A stretch of DNA of 64,000 bases from Antedon mediterranea (lineage: Eukaryota; Animalia; Echinodermata). Positions 39,501 through 51,500 of this stretch are shown here, in pieces. The notes under the pieces were generated by a model. The model saw only the letters and a program-made list of their open reading frames with translations, was not told the DNA's origin and searched no databases. The stretch covers positions 4,813,888 through 4,877,887 of the forward strand of contig NC_092676.1 in assembly GCF_964355755.1 (NCBI RefSeq). The letters are read 5' to 3'. Every line of letters starts with the position of its first letter. The stretch's first letter is position 1. Both the position numbers and the translations under genes were made by a program.

Positions 39501-42500
39501 TCTAACAGAATAAAACTTGGCCTGTAAGTGAGAGGTTTCTGGTTCAAATCCTACCAGTGGGATAGAACTGCTAAAATGTATGCTATATATTTTAGCTGAG
39601 TAATATACATAGCAATTCTTATAATGTACTGTACATATGAAATTGCTATTCATCAATAGCCTCCTTTTAATCTAATCTTAAGCCTTGTCTAGACTAAAAA
39701 TTTATGTAACAAAAAAATGTGATGTGCCCATATATGGTACATGGTGATGTCATATCACTACCATATTTGGCCACATCACACTAGTTTAATATAGTGTAGA
39801 CATAGCTTTAAGCTTAGGTGAAAATTGATAAAGAAACATAAATGGAGCTTTAAGCCTCACTCACTGATTGGTGTTTACATGTTCTATATGATAGAGATTT
39901 TACTTTTATTTAAGCTAAATGTTTCTGTGCATTTATATGTTGCATTTAACTGTTTTCATAGGCTCAAAATGTGCTGGAAACTCGGCAGCGTGTTTACAAA
40001 CCGGCACAGCTGAAAACCCCACGTAAGTTGAAGAATTTGTGAAACAGCCTAGATAAAAAAAGCAGCAAACTCTCCTAAATCTTGATAATCATGAGCTAGC
40101 CCAAACTTGGGACCCATGGCTCATATACAGACACCCTCGGACTGACCAAAATTCAGACACCCATTGACTGACCAAAATCTGGACACGCATGTTCTGACCT
40201 AAACCCAACTGGAAGGTTTTCCAGAAAGTTCCTGTTTTTAAAAGGCATTTTACAAGTATTAATTAATGCTGGACCTGAATGATATGATTTAGAGAGTTTC
40301 AGTGTTAAGAGAATACAGTGGGAGAGTTTGGATCAAAATTGAATTATTTCATATATACACACATGTTTCAGGTAGCCTTATGCCTAAATCATTATTTTGT
40401 ATTTATTTGATTTAATTGAAACCAACAGCTATAATTATCGCCACTAATAGGTTTGATACAAAGAAAGCCAGGACTGTTTAAAGCACCTTGATTGGTCCTA
40501 ACATTGATCAAGGGCTTCTCTCGGCCTGTGTTCAAGTTGACCAGAGGAAAGGCATAAGCCAATACGTCTGAGGCAGATACTAGATGCAGGGGCTGCTATA
40601 AGAGTCAGCAGTGCTGATTTCAAATGCCTAAGCTCCATATACAGCACCCGATATTCCCAGATGATCTCCCATCCAAGCTCTAACCAGGCCCAACGTTGCT
40701 TAACTTCAGTGATCTGACGAGAACCGGTGTTTCAACGTGGTAAAGCGTGGTAAAACATAATGTATCACTTTTTTTGTTTAGATATGCTGATTTGGGGCAC
40801 ATTTCTGGGCCCCCTTCATGGATTAACAATCATCTAAGCCTAACATATGAGGGCGGCGATCCCTGTACATCAGTTGGTGAAACACTTCGTAAAAAAACAA
40901 CTATTGCATTTATTTGTGATAAGGATTCAGAGGTATGTGCTTTTTCGGTTTCATAAATACTTACCTGGATAAGTTGCCATGCCATTTAAAATAATAAAAA
41001 CACCCCTTTAAAATTTATGGGATCTACCACTATTTTGAATATATATATCAGTATTAAATAAGCTCAAAATCCAAAGGCAAATTACTGAAAAAAATGACAA
41101 TGCTGTTGGTATCAGTGGCTGAATCTCAATGGAGATACAAAATAAAATAAGCAAAATGCTAAATCAAAACGAATTATCAAATCATTACATGATCTTTATA
41201 GTAGATAATATAAATAGAACCCCCTTAATTGTCAAACCCCCCATTAAGGGGACACTTTTCAAATGAGGGAGGGAGTCATCAGACATGTTATTACATTAGG
41301 TTAACTACCTAACTACTGAAAAAAAGTCTTCCTGGTTTTTATGGAAGAATTTTGCCAAATTTTGTATTTGACCATATTAAGGGAAATTCATGTTTTTTTG
41401 TCTCGATTTCTGTTACAAATATTTGATTTATGTACAATTGACCAAAAATTATATTTAAAATTCATGCCTGTACCTGAGCTTTAATAGGGTTCTACTTTAA
41501 AGGAAAGTGTTATTACCTTTCTGAGACTGGATAGTAGTTCATTGTTGTCTTTTTTTTGCACAGGCTACAGGACCTGAATACGCCTATAGTGGATCGTCGT
41601 GTTTCTATCATTTCAACTGGTTCACTGAGCTTGCCTGTGGCTTGGATGAAGAGGTAGTTACCAATGACTGTACAGTTAATAACCCAGCTACAGGTATTCA
41701 ATGTCTATCATTTTTCATAATTACAAATATCCTTAAAAATTGCAGTAACTACATTTTGTTTAATACTCAAACTCTCAAATTATTTAGCAAGCTTTTATTC
41801 ACTCTTTAAACATGTTTATACATTTTTATGTTTATCATACATACTGTTTATTGCAGTGACTGCCTCATAAACTTTGACATTGAACATTGAAACAAAAATT
41901 GAATCATTACATGCATTGTTTCAGTATAAATGCAGTTACTGCAGTAACTGAAGTAGAATAATTTGAACCTTGCTTCTCTCCAATTTGAAATGTCTGAAAG
42001 CCATGTAAAATCGTCATTACAAATTGAAAGTAATGTACATTCTGCATATGTCCTTATTCAAAAATGTCTACAGTGTCATAGAGAGAGGTGACTTCAAACT
42101 CATGCAAATTTTTAAGCATCCATGATGAATGCCAAATCATTCACAGACAGACAGAGGTGATACAGTTGGCTGGTACTGTAGTTTTGTAACTATTTTTTGT
42201 TTTGTTTTTCAGGCTATCGATTTGATTTATCATCCTTAAACAAAGCTGGTGGATACTCTGTGTCTGGTGGTGGCTACATCTATAAACTAAACATCTGTGA
42301 AAAGCTTACAGGATCCGGTTGTACAGATGAAAATATAGGTAAAAACCTATGTACATACTTTTTAAAACTGTATTGTAAGTATAGTGTGAATGTGTGCTGG
42401 TCCATTTCGGCCCCTTTTTTGTGGACAGACGAACTAATGCCGCTTGGTGGTAGCTGTACGACAAAACAAATATGTTGTATTTCGACAACGTAATTCAGCC

Positions 42501-45500
42501 CAGTAAACTTCAGGTAGCATGTCATCCCCTCACATTTACATTTTTGTTTAGTTCCGTAGCTATGTAAAAGGGGTGCGGTTACGAGAAGGTAGCTCCTTGG
42601 TGGTGGCCATTGTTTATGCCCATTACCCCACATTAATTACTATTTTTGTAGAATCTCGTAGATATTCAATAATGTAATAGAAAGATTGATCTAGTGTGTA
42701 TCAATGTGAATGTGTGTCAAAAAGTTGTCGTGTTGAAATGTAACGAAGCATACTCTGCGATATTGTCAAAACCTAGTCTATTATTTGAATAAATCAATAA
42801 TCTTTTATTTCAACACCATAGAAAATACAAACAATACAAAAGAAAACAAAAGCATCAGCAAAATTCAAAAACTTAAAACACAATGCTCTCAGTATTATCA
42901 TCTGTGTAGAATAAAATACAAAAATCTTTTATAGCAAAAAAAAAAAAAGCCATATAAGATACAGACAGTAATACAAAAGCATCAGTAACATTCCAAGTAT
43001 TAAAAAAATTGTACTGTACTCATCATTCATTCACTCTACTCTACATCACTCACTCTCACTCAATCTTTTCATCTTAACGTGTCTTCCTTCTCTGTGCTTG
43101 ACATTAAAACTGCCCTTAAGATGTAACCTATAATTTATTACATTTATATTAATTATTATAATAATAATAACAATAATCACAATAACAATAATTACAATAA
43201 TTAAAAAAATAATAACTACTACAGTAGTAATGACTATAATTTTTATGTGTTTAAATTTTAAATGTAAATATGTATTATTATGTATGATGTATGATGTAGT
43301 ATGTTTAAGCGGATATTAGCCCTTGATGGCATTTGCAGCAATAAAGAAATTGAATTGAATCATCCATATAGAATATAGCTCTGAGCTCTTGGGATTTGTT
43401 TGGTCATATTCACAGGTGTGTGTCAACAAAAACCAGCTGGTGCAGGCACGCCACATTCTTACGACGCAGGCCACTTCAACAAACGTCTTTCATTCGACGA
43501 CGGCATTCTCATGTTGAATTACGAAGGCGGAAAGCCTTGCCATCGCGGACAGTTTAACAGAAGTTCGATCATAAACTTTGTATGTCCACACACGGACGGG
43601 GTCATAGGTCAGCCACAGTTTGTAGACGAATCTGAGGACTGTACGTACTATTTTTCATGGCATACGTCACTAGCATGTGAAAACCAGGTAAGAAAAACTT
43701 TTTTTAAAATTTCTTCTCGACTGCTGCATATCCTCAAATATAATGTATTTATAATTTTTTTACCCATTTCTACTGATAATATTTACTAAGTTTATATCAT
43801 CATTTATGTTGTCATTACACCATATGTTATATTAAATACAGATTTTAAATAAATCAATCAATAATAATAAATAGTTCCATTTCTGCTGTTAAAAAATATT
43901 ATAAATGCATTTAGAATACAAACCCTCACTTTGGATACTGGAGCTGCGACGTTCATGTTCCTCGCGTGGTTGCTGAGCATTTCGATTCGCATGAGTGCTC
44001 ATGAAAGCGTCATAGCTCATTTCCTGAGCTCTGATTGGTTGCGCAATATTTCGCTTTGCAAAAAGTAGAAACAATTCGAACTAGTAAATTTCGCTGAAGC
44101 GAAAAATCAAAGGAACTAGAATTCGTCGAAGAAGGAAGTATGACAGACAGAAACGCGAATACGCATGTGCATAGCATGACGCTTTCGATTCACGCGAACA
44201 AATTCGCCTAGTGGAAAATCGGCTTTAAGGGGACACTTTTCCATGAAACAAATGAAGGACAATATATTTAGCACTATGGCCACCAGAAAAGTACAGAAGA
44301 CAACTAGTACTTAGGGGACACTTTGTGGTTCCCAAAGTTGTCTCCTAATAGGGGTTCTACTTTAAAAAAAAATATACCATTTATTTTAGTACATCTGTTA
44401 GAGCTACCCTTGTAAAAAAAAGTTGAATAAATAAATAAATAAATAAATACTCTATGACTATATTAAGAATTGTTTAATCCAACAATTTTGGCACACATGG
44501 CGTTTCATACCTATACTTACTGGATACTAGATCTGGTTAAAAACAAAAATTGAAAAATGTCTTAACCTAAAAGATGGGGTATAAATATTACTTATATTTA
44601 AAAAACGATTACTGAAAAAGATTGTTTAGATACAAGTTGTAAATGTAGTTTATTTTCCTAGATTTCTTGCAAGGCAACGAACGGTGACACCACCATTGAC
44701 CTTTCACCTTTAGTCAACGAGCAAGGATATTATCTGTCAAGAAACATGGATCCATATCAAAGATTATCTGCGATATATTTGAATCCATGTCGACCTTTGA
44801 ACCCTATACCTGGAACCAGATGTCCACCAAGTGCAGCTGGCTGTGTAGTTGCAGAAGGGAAATCCCCATTTGTAAGTGTTTTATATTATATGCAAAATAT
44901 TTTACATATTCGTATCCCACCTGTCTATACAAATTCTATTAAAACAGATTACTTTAGTACTAAACATTGTTGATCTGAGTGCAACACACTTATAATATGT
45001 GAAACATATATTTTATAAGAAAAAATCTCAATCGATATCAAAGCAATCATAACCTTGTTAAAACAAGGCCATATACATGGCTTCAGTTGCATGCTCAAGT
45101 TAGTGTTTACCGACGAACCGACCGACATAGTGAGCTAAATTTCATTATCGTTGTGAAAAGTGTACAAGACTGTCTCTGTCCACAAAAGTTTGTGCGCAGT
45201 CTATTAGATGAGCATACAGTGTGTACTGTGGCGATGTGACTGCCGCGACAATGTATATTATTTTGTGCTTGATATGTGTGGTGATGATTAGCAAATAAAT
45301 TGCTTGCATACTTCATAAACTGTTTTATACTTTTAATAAACCACTTAATTTCACGTACTTGTAAATATTTCAGAGCATTGGTAAACTGAGCAGTCCACCA
45401 GTTCTGTATGACAATGGCACCGTGACGTTAACTTACACCAATGGCAGCAAATGTGATGAAAATAAAAACTACACCACCATCATTCAGTTCTCCTGTAAAC

Positions 45501-48500
45501 CTGGTACCTCAGAAGTGAGTAGCTCTATTTGGAGTTCAACTATACTGTTGATTCTAGAAGGAAATTATGTTCAATTTTATTCTCATTAAAACAATGTAAC
45601 ATACAAAATACTGAACTTTGTGTATTGAAAAATTACATACTAACAATATATTATATATACAGTATAAAAAATAAATAAATCTATAATCAAATTACTGAAT
45701 AAAATGACAATGCTGTGGATATCATCGGGTGGATCTCAATGAAGATGCAAAATAAAATTAAAGCAAAAAGCTAAATAAAAATGATAAAGTAAAACAGCCA
45801 GAAAAAGTTGCAGAGCTTTCAGGCAACACTTGCCCTTCATTGGTGCAGTCGACCAATTTAAAAAAAAATAAAAACATATAAATATAAACAATAAAAACTT
45901 TATACCCGGAGCAACCCTTAAAAGCTCTGTAAGCTCAAACTTTATGTAACAAAAAAATGTGATGTGCCCATATATGGACACAATGATGTCATATCACTAC
46001 CCTATATAGGCACATCACTACCATATTGGGGCACATCACACTTTTTTTGTCAAACTAGTTTGATAGTGTAGACAGAGCTTAAGTCCTAACTACATCAACT
46101 TTTTAAAATTGTGTTTACAGGGAATTCCAGAGTTAACCAGTGTATATGATTGTACCTATCGTTTCATCTGGATGACTAATCGGGTGTGTCCGCCATCTAA
46201 ATCTGACCCAATAACGACTGACTGCAAATTCATGGCTGCAAACTTGGATTATACGTTCGATTTGACTCCTCTCTCGTCGAAAGTAGAAGAGGTGGGTATA
46301 TTGAATATCAGAACAAGCAGAACATCATGAACTTTTTTTACCATTTAATATGTTATCACTATAAACATCAACAACATCAATCATATCACCATTATCTAAC
46401 ACTATCATCACCATTATGTTATCACTATCATCACCATTATTTTATCATTATCATCAACATCAGTATCACTATCTAACACTATCATCACCATTTGTTATCA
46501 CTATCATCAACATCAGTATCACCATTATCTAACACTATCATCACCATTATGTTATCATTTTCATCAACATCAATATTATCATTATGTATCCGCATCAACA
46601 CCAGCATCCTATTATATATTGTTATCATCTAAACCATTATAGGCAATTCAATAGATTATTGTAAAGTCTATTGCATACTTATTTATCTTAATGATTTCAT
46701 GTAGTTACCTGAAGGATACTCTATACATGTCTGCCAGTCTGTATCTTCGGAGTGTGATGGAGCTGTGTGCCAAAAAGGGACATCACTTGGTAGTGCTAAA
46801 AGTCAGGAGTTCTCTTATAATGGTCATAACTTAAAGGTCGTGTATAGTAATGGAGATAGTTGTCCGCATGGTAAGTTCTAAAGGCACTTAGACTTTGTAA
46901 CTAACATTTGAATGGCAGTAAAACAATAGGGAGGTTTGTAAACTTCCGAATACGATAACGAAAAAGAATACGCCATACATTTGTTGAACTTTTGAGCTGA
47001 TCCCTCTTTCATATTTGTAAAGGGTATGAATATTAGCAGTCATATTCCAGGGTTCAATCCTGATCGAGTGTCAGAATTCAATCTTAATCGAAGGTCAGAA
47101 GTCAATCCTGATCGAGTGTCAGAATTCAATCCTGATCGAGTGTCAGAATTCAATCCTGATCTAGTGCCAGGCTTCAATCCTGACCTAGTGCCAGGCTTTA
47201 ATCCTGACCTAATGCTAGGGTTCAGTCCTGACCTAGTACCAGAGTTCAGTCCTGATCCAGTGCCAGACTTCAATCCTGACCTAGTGCCAGGCCTCAATCC
47301 TGACCTAGTGCCAGAGTTCATGAGTCCTGACCTAGTGCCAGGCTTCAATCCTGACCTAGTGCCAGAGTTCAGTATTGACCTAGTGCCAGAGTTCATGAGT
47401 CCTGACTTAGTGCCAGGCTTCAATCCTGACCACCACTGTTTTTACCCCACTTTCTAAGCCTCAAATAAGATTTAGTTTTAAAGCACGATATAGTTTATCA
47501 ATCTAGCAATTCTCCAGTTATGTGCTGCTGTTGGATGTGTATAAAATTAAACGCCAAAAATATTAAGCTAGTAATGTTATACAGATTTAAAGAAGAAATA
47601 ATTAAAATTAAGTATAAAAGTTTCTATAATTTTGTAATTTTTTTTAAAGGCGATGGAAAAAGACGATCAGAAATTATATTTGAATGTGATGAATCACAGG
47701 AACGAGGCAAACCTCAGCTAGTTACTGTGAGTTGATCTTAACCTAACTAGTTAGTACACTGTCTATTTTTTATGACAAAGGAGATAACTATAAATAGATA
47801 GGAAAAGAAAGACATATGTGTTGACCTTAAAATAGAAATAGGGTAGTTACAAAAAAACACATAGTGTGTTGACCATAGATTATAAAACTCTGGAACATTT
47901 TCATGTTTGTCATGATTTTAATTTTTTGAGGAATTCTCAATATTTACAGATTATGGCAATTAAACACATGTTTGTATCCACCTTGTTTAGTCTGCCAAAA
48001 AATGGCAAGCAATAACCAAATTACCAAAATAACCAGTTGAATATTTTGTCAATACAAATGTTAAAAATAGAATTTCAATCAATCAATTTGATTGAAATAT
48101 TTCTTTTCTTGAGAAATTGGGTTTACTTCGTAACCACTTATTTTTTATCATGACCACACACTGAACATGCAAAAATATTTAGAAATATAATTTAATATAA
48201 GTGTTTGACATTATTCATTAAAAACACATCCATCTTGTAACTTTAAAGCTACACTATCAAACTTGATGTGACAAAAAAATGATGATGTCATAGTACTACC
48301 ATATTTGGGAATATCACTACCATATTGACACATCACATTTTTTAGGTCAAACTAGTCTGATAGTGTAGACAGAGCATTATTAATAACTTAATCATCTTTG
48401 TTTTTTTTTTGTTACAGTCCGATGATGAAGCTTGTTTTTATTCCTTCATTTGGAAAAGTAACTTTGTGTGTCCTCCTATGCATCAACCATGTCATGTGGC

Positions 48501-51500
48501 CAATGGGAATAAATTATATGACTTGCATTCTTTATCACGACTAACGAGTAGTTGGGAAGTAAAAAGCAATAAAAAGAAAATGTTAGTTTTTTGAATCCCT
48601 GTCAATATCAAACTTTATGTGACAAAAAAATGTGTGATGTGCCCCTATATGGACATGATGATCTCTACCATATTTGGGCACATCACGCTTTTTTTTTTTC
48701 AAACTAGTTTGAGTGTAGACATAGAGTAAGGTATCATGTCAAAGTTACTCTACTGCAGTTACTGCAGTAACATATGATTTTAATTTATTTCAATTTATGT
48801 AGTTGCTACAAGAAACAGTGTGTATGAATACCTTTAAGAAGCAACTTGCTAAATAATCGTATAAACGGGTTTAAAAGTGAACAAAATGTAGTTACTGCAG
48901 TATCTGTAGTAGAATAATTTGTTATCATATTTTTGCTAAACTTTGTGTAGTTCTTAGATTTTTTAAATACTACAATATACTGACAGTTACTCTCATATTT
49001 CTGAAGAAGTGATATTTGAAATTTCTCTCTGGCTATTTACTTTCCGTTTTTATTAATAGCTTTTTCTAATTTTCTTAGGATTTGTATAGTTAAATAATAT
49101 ATTTATGTATCATGTACAATTAGAATAACTGTATCCTTATATAAAAGCATGCTGTTTCTAATTTTAAAAATAGTTCCTTCATGTCTTGAAGAATTTAAGG
49201 CTAGGCAAACATTAAAGCAGGCTGCAGCTGTGGATGTGATGAGATGTTCGCACACAATATGAGAGGTTCATGATACCTTTCATAATTTCGCCCTAACCCT
49301 ACCTTATGATCCAAATTTTCCCTGTTTGCATTAGTCTGTTTTGGATGTAGTTATCACCACAATTAATAACACTTTGGGAGAAATTGAAAGATGTTTGTTT
49401 ATTGATTAGAATATTATCTGTATCAAGTGTAGTTTTATGATCAGTCATCTAAGATATCTGTGTTTCATGACAAGTTCAAACCAGTTGTGCAATGTGCAGC
49501 CAAGGTTTTTTTTAGCAGTATATAGACCTCTCTTGTTTTATGAAAGACTTAGGTGGTTTGAATTTGGATATTATAATGTTATGACGTTAAAAAGCTGATA
49601 TTTTTTACATTCTTTAAGAAAAAAAACTTGTCTGTATCAAGTGCAGTTTTATGATCAATCATCTAAGATACTTGCATCTGTGTTTCATGACTTCAAACCC
49701 GTTGTGCAGCCAAGGTTTTTTTTAGCAGTATAGACTACCTCGCTTGTTTTATGAAAGATTTAGGTTGTTGTTTAAAAGGTTTGAATGAGTACTTTATTGG
49801 ATATGATAATGTTAAGATGTTAAAAAGCTGGTATTTTTTTACATTCTTTAAGAAAATGAGTTGAATGAGTCAACATTTTTTAATTGACGACCACCCACTC
49901 ATTCAGACCTCATTGTCGATGCTTTGTATGCATTAATATTTTATAATTTACTGTTGTTCTGTCATTATTTAGTTTTTATGTAAACATTTGTACAGCCATA
50001 ATGAATGGACCAAAGGGCTGTGACGAGTCTGCTGCAGTATGCTCGGAAGATGGCAATGTAGTGGAGATCCTAGGAAAGGAGTACACACAAATATTGATTA
50101 CAGGTAATGACCCATAGCAGGGTTCTCTTGTATTACGGAACATCCATATATGGAAACAGAGATACAGTAAATAATACGAAAGTACACACAAAATACACCA
50201 AAATAATTTTGCCTGAAATTATGTGAAACTCATTGGAAAAAGACCAAAAGTATGAAAAAATTAAAGCCCCACACCACAAAAAAAACCCTCAGACCACACC
50301 CCCCCCCCCCCTAAAAAAAAAAGAAAGCACAGAGGAAAGATTCCCAAAAGGCTACCAACCTAATCCCTTTCTAGTAGCTAGTAGGTCTCCTATTGCGTTG
50401 ATTGGAGAATATTTAGAAAATAATGTAATAAAAAAACGTTTTGGTAAACCAATTGTTAAGTACTTACTTGCTACCTGTCTGTCATTTGCGTGACCAAGGC
50501 TACTAAAAATAGCCGAAACATAGCAAGTATGTACTTGAAAATTGGTTTACCAAAAAGTTAAAATTTATTTATAAAATATTAATGTAAAACCAGATAAAAT
50601 TTTTCAAGAAAAACAATGTCCTTAAAAATTGAGTAAAAATACAACTTTAGAAAATATTAAATTACAATCAATACTAATAAAATTTGATTGCAATATCATT
50701 GAAAAATAGATGTTTATATACAATAAATAGATTAAGTAAAAAATCTTGAAAGAAATTTTGATTTGTAAGTTGTAATATTTCCCTCTGTATATTATTTTAT
50801 AGATGCTGATACTAATAGTCTACAGATGGACTTCAAAGAAGGGAAAAGTACAGAATGTTCAGGAAAAAACGTTGACACAGCAATAACTTTTACTTGCGGT
50901 AAAAAGATTGGTACACCAGATTTTACAGGGTATGCTGGTTTTTTTTCATACAATAGAAGGCCAGGGGACACTGTAGGGACCCAACAAAGTTTCCCCCTGA
51001 ATAGGGCGGACATAAGACACCTATTCAGCAAATTTTTTTTTTCATACAATAGACGGCCAGGAGACACTGTAGGGACCCAACAAAGTTTCCCCCTGAATAG
51101 GGCGGACATAAGACACCTATTCAGCAAATTTTTTTGTTCATACAATAGACGGCCAGGAGACACTGTAGGGACCCAACAAAGTTTCCCCCTGAATAGGGCG
51201 GACATAAGACACCTATTCAGCAAATTTTTTTGTTCATACAATAGACGGCCAGGAGACACTGTAGGGACCCAACAAAGTTTCCCCCTGAATAGGGCGGACA
51301 TAAGACACCTATTCAGCAAATTTTTTTTTTCATACAATAGACGGCCAGGAGACACTGTAGGGACCCAACAAAGTTTCCCCCTGAATAGGGCGGACATAAG
51401 ACACCTATTCAGCAAATTTTTTTTTTCATACAATAGACGGCCAGGGGACACTGTAGGGACCCAACAAAGTTTCCCCCTGAATAGGGCGGACATAAGACAC

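Noticed and set aside
40641-40747. Functional 5S rRNA gene
   Set aside because: Degraded 5' end, multiple substitutions, no terminator, and a single intronic copy.
47026-47457. 143-aa FNPDLVPG-repeat ORF and its antisense ORF
   Set aside because: Translation of the SINE-derived 24-bp minisatellite; flanking exons join in phase without it.
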